A DNA stretch of 24,000 nucleotides from an uncultured Pelotomaculum sp. (GTDB taxonomy: Bacteria > Bacillota > Desulfotomaculia > Desulfotomaculales > Pelotomaculaceae), in assembly GCA_964557545.1 (NCBI GenBank), contig CAZLAK010000004.1, forward strand, positions 29,088 to 53,087. Reading direction: 5' to 3'. The notes below the pieces were generated by a model. It was not told the origin of the DNA. It worked only from the letters and a program-made list of their open reading frames with translations, and searched no databases. The position numbers and the translations under genes were made by a program. Below, piece by piece: positions 9,190 to 17,485 of this stretch (position 1 is its first letter; the number at the start of each line of letters is the position of its first letter).

Positions 9190-9223
9190 ATTTTGATTAC
9201 CTGCACACGGGAGGTTGGCAGTG

Positions 9224-10264
9224 ATGAGCAAGTCCGAAAGAAAGCTTACGGCTATGAGCAGGCACTCCGGGTGAGCGGCCAAAATAGGGCCGGAGGCCCT
9301 ATCCAACATTTTAAAAGCCCTGCCATCATTGACGGACGAAAGGCTTTTAGTCGGCCCGGATACTTCAGACGACGCTGCCGTTTACAAGATTACTGACGAC
9401 TTGGCCCTCATTTTGACCATAGACTTTTTTACACCCGTAGTTGACGACCCTTACCTCTTCGGCCAGATTGCCGCTGCCAACGCTTTAAGCGATATTTACG
9501 CCATGGGCGGCAGACCCTTTTTGGCCCTCAACATTGCCTGCCTGCCGGCCTGTCTCTCCCCGGAGGAGGCGGCGGCCATCATCAGGGGCGGGGCCGACAA
9601 GGTAATAGAAGCGGGGGCTGTGATAGGCGGCGGCCACACGGTTATGGACGAAGAGCCCAAGTACGGTCTGGCGGTGGCCGGTTTTGTGCATCCCGCTGAA
9701 ATGCTGACCAACGCCGGCGCTCGGCCTGGCGACCTGCTGGTGCTCACCAAGCCGCTGGGCACGGGCATTGCCGTTACCGCTTATAAGGGCGGCTTGGCGG
9801 AAGAAGAGCTGGTGGAAGCCGCGGTTAAAGAGATGCGCACTCTCAACAGCGCTGCCGCGGCCTGCGCCGCAAAACACGGGGCAAGGGCCTGCACGGATAT
9901 AACGGGCTTCGGCTTTTTGGGGCACGCGGCCGAGATGGCGGCGGCGAGCGGGGTGACCCTGGAGATATTTTCTTCGAGAGTGCCGCTTTTGCCCGGAGTT
10001 TTAGATTTGGCGGACATGGGGCTTTTGCCGGCCGGCGCTTACGAAAACCGCCGCTTTTTGGAGGGCAAGGTGGATTTTGGCGAGGGCGTGCTCCGCGCTT
10101 TGCAGGACGTGCTCTTTGACCCGCAGACCTCAGGCGGGCTTTTAGTGGCCGCCGCTCCGGGACAGGCGGAAAAGATGCTGGAAGAGATGCGCGCTGCCGG
10201 CCTGACGGCGGCCGTTGTGGGAAGGGTGCTGCCTGCGGAAGGGCGCGCTATTGTAGTTTTGTAG
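9224..10264 (+). CDS. selD: selenide, water dikinase SelD, selenocysteine-containing
   Basis: Upstream in-frame reading from ATG 9224: MSKSERKLTAMSRHSG-(UGA)-AAKIGPEALSNILKALPSLTDERLLVGPDTSDDAAVY..., matching the SelD N-terminal SG[C/U]AAK motif with UGA at 9272-9274; remainder GGRPFLALNIA...GGHTV...TKPLGTG...TDITGFGFLGHA...DPQTSGGLL is SelD. The track only gives 9329-10264. Confidence 0.95.
9284..9302 (+). promoter_or_regulatory. candidate bacterial SECIS element within selD
   Basis: Perfect 8-bp hairpin ATAGGGCC-GGA-GGCCCTAT starting 10 nt after the UGA, apical loop about 18 nt downstream of it. Confidence 0.75.
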
Positions 10265-10302
10265 TTATGTAATCATAACCAATATAAAAAGCTTGTTCGG
10301 AC

Positions 10303-10327
10303 GGCCGCCGGGGGCGGCCTTATTTTT
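10303..10327 (+). terminator. rho-independent terminator after selD
   Basis: GGCCGCC/GGCGGCC 7-bp stem with GGG loop, followed by TTATTTTT. Confidence 0.85.
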
Positions 10328-10525
10328 CGGGGCAACCGGTTTTAGTTTGCCTTCTCTGTATCCTGAATTTTTGTTTGAATACTTAAACGTGCTGTTGGTG
10401 TTAATAAGAATTTTTAATAACCCCAGGGCAGGTTTATTAAATAATCAAATAGCTGTAATAAAGGAATTTAATTATAAGCATTGAATAATATTTTTGCAAA
10501 AAGTTTAATGCGAGGTGGTTTTAGC

Positions 10526-11611
10526 TTGAAGGGGAAGAAAATTTTAATTGTGGCCAGCGGGACTGTTGTCGGTTTTCTAGGGGCCTGGCTGGCGGTAGCG
10601 GGCAACCCGCCTAACATGGGCATGTGCATTGCCTGCTTTCTGCGCGACATTACAGGGGGTCTGGGACTGCACAGGACGGCCACGCTGCAGTACGTAAGGC
10701 CGGAAATCTTAGGCCTGGTTTTGGGAGCATTTATTTCTGCGATCATAACGCGCGAGCACCGGCCGGTGGGCGGTTCCAGCCCGCTGGTAAGGTTTACGCT
10801 GGCTTTCTTTGGCATGATCGGCATGCTGGTTTTTCTGGGCTGTCCCCTGCGCACCCTCTTGCGCCTGGCAGGAGGAGACTTAAACGCCCTTGTCGGCCTG
10901 GTCGGGCTGGTTGCCGGGGTGCTTTTGGGCGTGGCCTTCTTTAGAGGCGGCTTTTCTCTGGGCCGGGCGGCGGCAACGGGCCGGGCGGGCGGCTACATCT
11001 TCCCGGCGGCCGCAGCACTGCTGCTCATCTTTCTCCTGGCCAAAGCTCCTTTTCTCTTTTTCAGCGAGCAGGGCCCCGGTTCCCAGCACGCCCCGCTCTT
11101 TATTTCGCTGGCAGCCGGCCTTTTAGTAGGTGTGCTGGCCCAGCGCTCGCGGCTCTGCATGGTCGGCGGCATAAGGGACTTGATCATGTTCGGCGAAAGC
11201 TACCTCTTAATGGGCTTTGGCTCCCTCTTTGTGGTGGCCCTCGTTGCCAATTTGGCCTTTGGCAAGTTTAATCTGGGCTTTGCCGGCCAGCCTCTTGCCC
11301 ACGCCGACGGCCTGTGGAACTTTTTGGGCATGGCTTTGGCCGGGCTTTGTTCCGTCCTCTTGGGAGGCTGCCCGCTGCGCCAGCTGATTTCCGCGGCCGA
11401 AGGCAACACTGACTCGGCAGTGACCGTATTTGGTTTTATTGCCGGGGCAGCTTTTGCCCACAACTTTGGCCTGGCCGCTTCGGCCAAAGGCGTGCCGGCG
11501 GCAGGCCAGATAGCCGTGATAATCGGCTTTGTTGCCGTAATTGCTATTGCTTTCGCCAGCAGCAAAATTTTAGAAAAGGGAGGGGTGGCCCGTGCCGGAA
11601 GCGGAAGTTAA
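10526..11611 (+). CDS. yedE: YedE-family putative selenium transporter
   Basis: YeeE/YedE-type membrane protein: NPPNMGMCIACFLRDITGGLGLH...GCPLRTLLRLAGGDLNALVGL...RSRLCMVGGIRD...LGGCPLRQLISAAEGNTDS; next to selD and yedF. TTG 10526 with GAGGTGG RBS preferred over the track start 10481. Confidence 0.88.
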   Translation: MKGKKILIVASGTVVGFLGAWLAVAGNPPNMGMCIACFLRDITGGLGLHRTATLQYVRPEILGLVLGAFISAIITREHRPVGGSSPLVRFTLAFFGMIGMLVFLGCPLRTLLRLAGGDLNALVGLVGLVAGVLLGVAFFRGGFSLGRAAATGRAGGYIFPAAAALLLIFLLAKAPFLFFSEQGPGSQHAPLFISLAAGLLVGVLAQRSRLCMVGGIRDLIMFGESYLLMGFGSLFVVALVANLAFGKFNLGFAGQPLAHADGLWNFLGMALAGLCSVLLGGCPLRQLISAAEGNTDSAVTVFGFIAGAAFAHNFGLAASAKGVPAAGQIAVIIGFVAVIAIAFASSKILEKGGVARAGSGS

Positions 11612-11813
11612 GGACGCCCGCGGCATGCTCTGCCCGGAGCCGCTGCTCATAGCAAAAAGAGAAATGGAAAGGACTGGCTGCAGCACAGTGAAAATCCTGG
11701 TGGACAACGCTACGGCCAGGGAAAACATAACCAGACTGGCGGAGAGGATGAAGTGGTCAGTGAGGGCAGAGAGTGAAGGCAGCGATTTTCTTTTGATTCT
11801 GGAGAAAAAATAA
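11592..11813 (+). CDS. yedF: TusA/YedF-like sulfurtransferase-type protein
   Basis: VKDARGMLCPEPLLIAKREM with CPxP motif; overlaps the 3' end of yedE; 73 aa. Confidence 0.82.
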   Translation: MPEAEVKDARGMLCPEPLLIAKREMERTGCSTVKILVDNATARENITRLAERMKWSVRAESEGSDFLLILEKK

Positions 11814-11851
11814 AGCGGGATGCCGGGAGAATTTAATAGGCTTCTTTTAAA

Positions 11852-11880
11852 AACCGGGAGTTTTTGCTCCCGGTTGTGTT
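11852..11880 (+). terminator. terminator-like hairpin after yedF
   Basis: AACCGGGAG/CTCCCGGTT perfect 9-bp stem, weak T tract (GTGTT). Confidence 0.5.
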
Positions 11881-11950
11881 ATACTATTGACAAAGCGGCT
11901 ACCGTATGTGTATGAACAAAACGTGCGCGGTTGTCTATTTCCCATAAAAT

Positions 11951-11979
11951 AACGGCTGGCTGAGGCCGTTTTTAATTTT
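11951..11979 (+). terminator. short terminator-like hairpin
   Basis: AACGGC/GCCGTT stem followed by TTTAATTTT. Confidence 0.5.
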
Positions 11980-11997
11980 GATATTGGACAGTATTTA

Positions 11998-12027
11998 TTG
12001 ACACAATTCAAACTTTTCAGATATTCT
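11998..12027 (+). promoter_or_regulatory. putative promoter for the MBL-fold hydrolase gene
   Basis: TTGACA (11998-12003), 18-nt spacer, TATTCT (12022-12027). Confidence 0.55.
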
Positions 12028-12115
12028 AAAGTTGGTATCTCAAAATGATTACTGCGCAGGGTGTTTGTTAAATTTGTAAAAGTTATTATTTTTTATGTGT
12101 GGGGAGGAATTAAGC

Positions 12116-13069
12116 GTGTCTTCTAAAATTGCTGACCTCGGGCATAACGTCTACCAGGTGGACATTCACGACCAAAAACAGCCCGGCATTACTTCCTGTT
12201 ACATCGTGGTGGCTGAGAAGGCGGCGCTCATAGAAACCGGCGCCTCGCCCGGTGCGCCGTACATATTAAATGCTCTGAATGAGATCGGCGTACCGCGCGA
12301 AAAAGTGGGCTACATCATCGGCACCCACATCCACTTAGACCACACGGGAGGCGCCGGCGTGCTGGCCAGAGAATTAAGAGATGCCGAGGTGTACGTCCAC
12401 CCGCGCGGCGCAAGGCACTTAATTGACCCTTCGCGTCTGGTCGCCGGCGCCAAAACCCTTTACGGCGATAAGTTTGACGAGCTCTTTGGCGAAATTGCGC
12501 CCGTTCCGGAAGACAGGGTTAAGACCCCCGGGGACGGTGAAACCATTGATTTGGGAGGCCGGGTGCTCACCGTATACCACTCGCCGGGACATGCCCGCCA
12601 CCACATGGTAATATACGACCCGGCCAGCAGCGGCCTCTTTGCTGGCGACGCTGTCGGCGTGCGCTTTGAGCGGGTGAGCGAGCTCTGCGGGCGGGAGATC
12701 ACCATGCCCACCACGCCGCCTTCGGAGTTTGACCCTCCGGCCATGATAGAGTCGTTAGAGCGCTTTAAAAAGCTCGGTTTAAAGAGGGTTTACTTCACCC
12801 ACTTCGGTATGTCGGAAAATGTGTCTTTTATCATTAACCGGCACGCCGAAATCGTGCGCGCTTACGAAGAACTGGGTAAAAAGTTCTTTATTGGCGGGGA
12901 GGGCACGGTGGCCGATTTAGAAGAACGCATTTGGGAGATGGTGATGGCCGGCATCGCACCAGCCGGTATAACCGGTAGACACCACCCGGATCTGGAATAC
13001 GTAGAGCTCAACGTCAAACTCAACGCCCTGGGAATTCAAAATTACTTCGAGCGGTTGAAAAAGTCTTAA
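12116..13069 (+). CDS. MBL-fold metallo-hydrolase
   Basis: THIHLDHTGGAG metal-binding motif, HSPGHARHH, FAGDAVG; GTG 12116 preceded by GGGGAGG; the track start 12095 lies upstream of the RBS. Confidence 0.9.
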   Translation: MSSKIADLGHNVYQVDIHDQKQPGITSCYIVVAEKAALIETGASPGAPYILNALNEIGVPREKVGYIIGTHIHLDHTGGAGVLARELRDAEVYVHPRGARHLIDPSRLVAGAKTLYGDKFDELFGEIAPVPEDRVKTPGDGETIDLGGRVLTVYHSPGHARHHMVIYDPASSGLFAGDAVGVRFERVSELCGREITMPTTPPSEFDPPAMIESLERFKKLGLKRVYFTHFGMSENVSFIINRHAEIVRAYEELGKKFFIGGEGTVADLEERIWEMVMAGIAPAGITGRHHPDLEYVELNVKLNALGIQNYFERLKKS

Positions 13070-13192
13070 TGCGGGCAGAGGGGATCAAATTCCATTTGTT
13101 TCTTTACTCAAGAAGTAATATAATTTTAGAAAGAGAAAGCAATTGTGCGAATTTTGCAATAATTGTGGACTAATTAGACTACCGTCGGATTT

Positions 13193-13223
13193 AGCGGTTA
13201 TTTTGTCGGGGTAACCGTTTTTC
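13193..13223 (+). terminator. attenuator-like hairpin in the lytS leader
   Basis: CGGTTA (13195-13200)/TAACCG (13212-13217) plus flanking pairs, followed by a T run, about 28 nt before the lytS start. Confidence 0.4.
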
Positions 13224-13250
13224 TCCTTTCCCAATGGGGGTAGGTTGTTT

Positions 13251-14585
13251 ATGGATACACTGAACAGCATGGTGGCCGGTGCGCTTTTGCGCTGGGTGCT
13301 GGTACAGGCGCTGGCGGTATCTGTGCTGGCGGCGTTCTCTCCAGGTCTGTGGTGGGTAATAGGCGGTATGCTGGCGGCTAACGCAGTGGGAACTTGCCTG
13401 GTGGTCGATATTATCAAAAGGCACCGTGGGATCAAGGTTAAGCTGGACGACCACCCCATAGACCCCACCCTCCAGATAGCCAACGAGACGCTGCCTTACT
13501 TAAGGCGCGGCCTCAACGAGGAGACGGCCCAGAAGACGGCAGAAATTATTTTAAAAATAAGCGAAGTGTCGGCAGTGGCCATAACCGACCGGGAAAAGGT
13601 TCTGGCCTACATCGGTGAGGGCTCCGACCACCACCAGGCCGGCGGGCCGATTGTCACTTACGCCACCAAGCAGGCCATCAGCACCGGCGAACTGATCATA
13701 GTCAAGGACAAAAAGGGGTTGAACTGTCCGGAAAAGGGCTGTCCCCTGCAGTCCGCCGTTATTGCCCCTTTAAAGTGCCGGGGCGAGGTAGCCGGCACTG
13801 TAAAGATATACCAGACAAGTCAGGGAGAACTGCAGCCCGGCGTGGTAAAGCTGGCCATGGCGGTGGCCCAGCTTTTGGGCATGCAGATGGAGCTGGCCGA
13901 ACTGGACCGGCAGGCCCAGCTGGTCACCAAGGCCGAACTGGACGCCCTGCAAGCCCAGATCAACCCCCATTTTTTGTTCAATACCTTAAATACCATCATT
14001 ACCTACATACGCACCCACCCGGAAACGGCGCGCCGGCTTTTAATACGGCTGGCTTCTTTCTTCCGCCAGGCCTTAAAAAGGCACGGGCACTTCAATACTC
14101 TGCGGGAGGAAATCGAGTACGTCAACACCTACCTGATCTTAGAAAAAGCGCGCTTTCGCGAAAAACTAAAGGTGCAGCGCAACATCGACCCCTCGCTTTT
14201 GGACTGCCAGGTGCCCGTGCTCACCCTCCAGCCGCTGGTGGAAAATGCCGTTAAACACGGGATCCAGCCCAAAGTGGGCCCCGGTACGGTACAAATCACG
14301 GCACAGCGCCGGGACGGGGAAATCCTCTTTATCATCAAAGACGACGGGGTCGGCATTGACCGGGAAAAGATGCCCAAGGTGCTTTTGCCGTGGTACGGCT
14401 CGGGCAACGGCGTGGGCTTAAGCAATGTGCACGAGCGCTTAAAGAGCCTTTACGGTGAAGATTACGGCCTGCGCATTGTCAGTGAACCCGGTGCGGGGAC
14501 ATCGGTGTACGTGAAAGTGCCGCTGGTAAAGGGCGCCGCTGAGTGGGGGGGAGAAACTCGTGAAGCTGAAAGCGCTTATTGTTGA
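13251..14585 (+). CDS. lytS: LytS-type sensor histidine kinase
   Basis: GAF-like region TLPYLRRGLNEETAQKTAEIIL...GCPLQSAVIAPLKCRG; His_kinase motif ALQAQINPHFLFNTLNTI; ATPase motifs VENAVKHGI and GNGVGLSNVHERL; ATG 13251. Confidence 0.88.
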   Translation: MDTLNSMVAGALLRWVLVQALAVSVLAAFSPGLWWVIGGMLAANAVGTCLVVDIIKRHRGIKVKLDDHPIDPTLQIANETLPYLRRGLNEETAQKTAEIILKISEVSAVAITDREKVLAYIGEGSDHHQAGGPIVTYATKQAISTGELIIVKDKKGLNCPEKGCPLQSAVIAPLKCRGEVAGTVKIYQTSQGELQPGVVKLAMAVAQLLGMQMELAELDRQAQLVTKAELDALQAQINPHFLFNTLNTIITYIRTHPETARRLLIRLASFFRQALKRHGHFNTLREEIEYVNTYLILEKARFREKLKVQRNIDPSLLDCQVPVLTLQPLVENAVKHGIQPKVGPGTVQITAQRRDGEILFIIKDDGVGIDREKMPKVLLPWYGSGNGVGLSNVHERLKSLYGEDYGLRIVSEPGAGTSVYVKVPLVKGAAEWGGETREAESAYC

Positions 14586-15339
14586 CGACGAGTACCCGGC
14601 ACGCCAGGAACTGAGGTACGCTTTGGAAGGGATTGAAGAAATTGAGATCGTGGGGGAGGCCGCCAATGCCCAGGAGGCCCTGGCGCTGATCCGGGCGCTG
14701 GACTACCAGGTACTGTTTTTAGATATTTCCATGCCCGGCATGAGCGGGCTGGAACTGGGAGCCGCCATCCAGGAACTGCCCCAAAAACCTTACATTATTT
14801 TTATCACCGCCTACGACGAGTACGCCGTTTCTGCCTTTGAAGTCAATGCCGTGGACTATATTTTAAAACCAGTAGAACCTAAGCGGCTCAAGAAGGCCGT
14901 CGATAAGGTGGTGCGGCTTCTTAAGGAGCCCGCGTCTTCCGGGGGAAACGGCGGCCCTGCCGGCAAAGCAGCGGTAGCAGCGGCAGAAGTTTTCGGCCAG
15001 TTCCGCCTCGACCGCATCCCGGCCGAAAAAAACGGCAAAACCGTCTTAGTCAATGAGGCGGACATTGTTTACGCTTTTACCGAAATGGACAGCGTTTATA
15101 TAAAGACTTACGCCGATAAGCTGGTCACGCGCTATACTTTAAAAGATCTAGCTGCCCGCTTAAACCCTCAGGTTTTTTTTCGCACACACCGCTGTTACGT
15201 CGTGAACTTGCGCAAAGTCAAAGAAATTATTCCGTTTTTTAACGGCACGCTAAACCTGGTAGTAGAGGATAAAGAGCACAGCGAGGTGCCGGTTAGCCGG
15301 GCTCAGGCCAAGAAACTGAGGAAGATACTGGGCATATAG
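14560..15339 (+). CDS. LytTR-family response regulator
   Basis: Receiver domain IVDDEYPARQELRYAL...VLFLDISMPGMSGLEL...YAVSAFEVNAVDYILKP plus LytTR domain IVYAFTEMDSVYIKTYADKLVTRYTLKDL...FFRTHRCYVVNLRKVKEI; overlaps lytS. Confidence 0.93.
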   Translation: MKLKALIVDDEYPARQELRYALEGIEEIEIVGEAANAQEALALIRALDYQVLFLDISMPGMSGLELGAAIQELPQKPYIIFITAYDEYAVSAFEVNAVDYILKPVEPKRLKKAVDKVVRLLKEPASSGGNGGPAGKAAVAAAEVFGQFRLDRIPAEKNGKTVLVNEADIVYAFTEMDSVYIKTYADKLVTRYTLKDLAARLNPQVFFRTHRCYVVNLRKVKEIIPFFNGTLNLVVEDKEHSEVPVSRAQAKKLRKILGI

Positions 15340-15347
15340 CGCAGTGC

Positions 15348-15379
15348 GGTGCGGCCACAAAGCCGCACCTTTAAATTTT
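15348..15379 (+). terminator. rho-independent terminator after the two-component genes
   Basis: GGTGCGGC (15348-15355), CACAAA loop, GCCGCACC (15362-15369), then TTTAAATTTT. Confidence 0.75.
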
Positions 15380-15471
15380 AATTTAATTGCGGCGGGTGAA
15401 GGTTTTTTTATTTTTTTTAGAGAAGAATAAATTAATGCAGGTAAAAAGCGGTTGCAACGGGGGAAATTTTA

Positions 15472-15882
15472 GTGCTGTCAGCGGATGCGGGTGAAAAGGT
15501 TGTTGGCGTCGGCGCCGACATTGTTTGTGTAGAGAGGATCGAGCGTCTGGCTGTCAAAAGAGGCGGCCGGGCGCTGGAGCGGCTGTTTACGCCGGGCGAG
15601 AGATCGTACTGCGAGGCTCAAAAAAGGCGTTACGCTTCTTACGCGGCCCGCTTTGCCGCCAAGGAAGCCGTGGCCAAGGCGCTGGGCAGCGGGTTTAGGG
15701 GCTTTTTTTTCCGGGACGTGGAAATTGTAAGTGCGGCCGGCGGCCGCCCGGAGGTGGTTTTGCACAAAGGGGCGGCTCGCGCCGCGGCTGGCCGGGGAGT
15801 GGCAAAAGTGCTTGTGAGCCTGTCGCACGACGGGGCGTATGCCCTGGCTTTGGCTGTGGCCTTGGCAAGGGCGGACAACTGA
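15472..15882 (+). CDS. acpS: holo-ACP synthase
   Basis: VVGVGADIVCVERIERL...FTPGERSYC...YAARFAAKEAVAKALGSG...VSLSHDGAYALA motifs. Confidence 0.93.
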   Translation: MLSADAGEKVVGVGADIVCVERIERLAVKRGGRALERLFTPGERSYCEAQKRRYASYAARFAAKEAVAKALGSGFRGFFFRDVEIVSAAGGRPEVVLHKGAARAAAGRGVAKVLVSLSHDGAYALALAVALARADN

Positions 15883-15916
15883 GAGAAAACCAGCCTTAAG
15901 GGGTGAGACGGAGCAA

Positions 15917-17467
15917 ATGCGGGTAGTTACTGCCGGCGAAATGAAAGAACTGGACAGGGCGGCTATAGAAGACTACGGCATTTTGGGCCTGGTGCTCATG
16001 GAAAATGCCGGACGCCAGGTGGTGGAAGTAATAAAAAGCGTGCTGGGGGAACTGCGCAATAAGTCCATCACGGTGTTTGTGGGCAAGGGCAACAACGGGG
16101 GTGACGGACTGGTGGCGGCCCGCCACCTCCTAAACGCCGGGGCCCAGGTGAAGGTGCTCTCTTTGGCGCCGCCGGAAGAGTTCTCGGGAGACGCCAAAAT
16201 AAACTTAAACATCTGGCGGAAGATGGAACAAAAAGTCTATTTTATTCACCAGGGCGACGGCATAAATATAGTCAGGCTGGTGCTCTTAAACACGGACTTC
16301 ATCGTAGATGCCATTTACGGAACCGGTTTTCGCGGGGAAGTAAATGAGCGGGTCGGTCGCATTATGGAGGTTTTAAACGGCAGCGGCAAGCCCATTGTGG
16401 CGGTGGACGTTCCATCGGGATTAGAAGCCGACACCGGACGGGTAAAGGGTCAGTGCATCCGGGCTACCCATACCGTCACCTTTGGGCTTCCCAAACTGGG
16501 CCTTATCTTGGAGCCTGGTGCCGGATACGCGGGCCAGCTGCACGTGGCCGACATCTCCATTCCGTCAGTGCTGGTAGAAAAATCGGCACCGCCGCGCTAC
16601 CTGGTCACCCCTCAGCTGGTCGGGGAGTGGCTGCCGGTGAGGCCGCCCAGTGCCCACAAGGGCGACTTTGGCCGCGTGCTGGTCGTGGCCGGGTCGCGCG
16701 GCATGACGGGGGCGGCCTGCCTGGCGGGAGAAGGGGCTTTAAGGACCGGCGCCGGCCTGGTCACCGTGGCCGTGCCGGAGAGCCTGCACGACATTATGGA
16801 GGTAAAACTTACCGAAGTGATGACCGCGCCTTTAGCGGACAACGGGCGCGGCACCCTTTCCCGGGAAGCGCGCCCGCAGATATTAGAACTGCTCAAAAAG
16901 GCGGACGTGCTGGCCATAGGTCCCGGCCTGTCAGCAGTGACCGAGGTGGCGGCCCTGGTGAGGGAACTTTTGCCGGCCGTGAAAGTGCCCTGCGTTTTAG
17001 ACGCCGATGCCCTAAATGTCCTGGCTGGTTCCCCGGAAGTGTTGAGGAGGCTGCAGGGGCCGGCGGTTATCACTCCCCACCCGGGGGAGATGGCCAGGCT
17101 TTTGGGTATTACCGTGAAAGAAGTTCAGGAAGAAAGACTGGCAGTGGCTGCCCGGGCAGCTGCTTCCTTAAATGTAGTCGTCCTCTTAAAGGGTGCCCGC
17201 AGTGTGGTGGCCTCGCCGGACGGAGCCGTGTACATAAATTCGACCGGCAACCCGGGTATGGCCAGCGGCGGGACGGGCGACGTCTTAACCGGGGCAGTGG
17301 CCGCGCTGCTGGCTCAGGGTTTAGAGCCGGCGCGGGCCGCGGCGGCGGCAGCTTTTCTCCACGGGCTGGCCGGGGACCTGGCAGCTGCCCAGAAGGGCTT
17401 TATGGGGCTTACAGCGGGTGATGTGCTGGAATTTTTGCCGGCAGCGGCCCGGGAGATATCCCGCTAG
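15917..17467 (+). CDS. nnrD: bifunctional NAD(P)H-hydrate epimerase/ADP-dependent NAD(P)H-hydrate dehydratase
   Basis: Epimerase: MRVVTAGEMKELDRAAIEDYGI...VFVGKGNNGGDGLVAARHL...DAIYGTGFRGEV...AVDVPSGLEADTG; dehydratase: GDFGRVLVVAGSRGMTGAACLAGEGALRTGAGLVTVAVP...PHPGEMARLLG...NPGMASGGTGDVLTG. True start ATG 15917 rather than 15839. Confidence 0.93.
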   Translation: MRVVTAGEMKELDRAAIEDYGILGLVLMENAGRQVVEVIKSVLGELRNKSITVFVGKGNNGGDGLVAARHLLNAGAQVKVLSLAPPEEFSGDAKINLNIWRKMEQKVYFIHQGDGINIVRLVLLNTDFIVDAIYGTGFRGEVNERVGRIMEVLNGSGKPIVAVDVPSGLEADTGRVKGQCIRATHTVTFGLPKLGLILEPGAGYAGQLHVADISIPSVLVEKSAPPRYLVTPQLVGEWLPVRPPSAHKGDFGRVLVVAGSRGMTGAACLAGEGALRTGAGLVTVAVPESLHDIMEVKLTEVMTAPLADNGRGTLSREARPQILELLKKADVLAIGPGLSAVTEVAALVRELLPAVKVPCVLDADALNVLAGSPEVLRRLQGPAVITPHPGEMARLLGITVKEVQEERLAVAARAAASLNVVVLLKGARSVVASPDGAVYINSTGNPGMASGGTGDVLTGAVAALLAQGLEPARAAAAAAFLHGLAGDLAAAQKGFMGLTAGDVLEFLPAAAREISR

Positions 17468-17485
17468 GGTAAAGGGTGGTGCGTT

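Noticed and set aside
9139-9396. + strand ORF over the selD leader
   Set aside because: Frame-shifted relative to selD, no recognisable motif; region is better explained by the Sec-SelD N-terminus and leader dyads.
9329-10264. selD ORF starting at TTG 9329 as given in the track
   Set aside because: It lacks the conserved catalytic N-terminus, which is present in frame upstream across a UGA; replaced by 9224-10264.
10468-10854. minus-strand ORF opposite yedE
   Set aside because: Shadow ORF in GC-rich coding DNA; no motif or RBS support.
16453-17421. 322-aa + strand ORF inside nnrD/E
   Set aside because: Alternative frame of a clearly conserved gene; Arg/Gly/Ala-rich artefactual composition.
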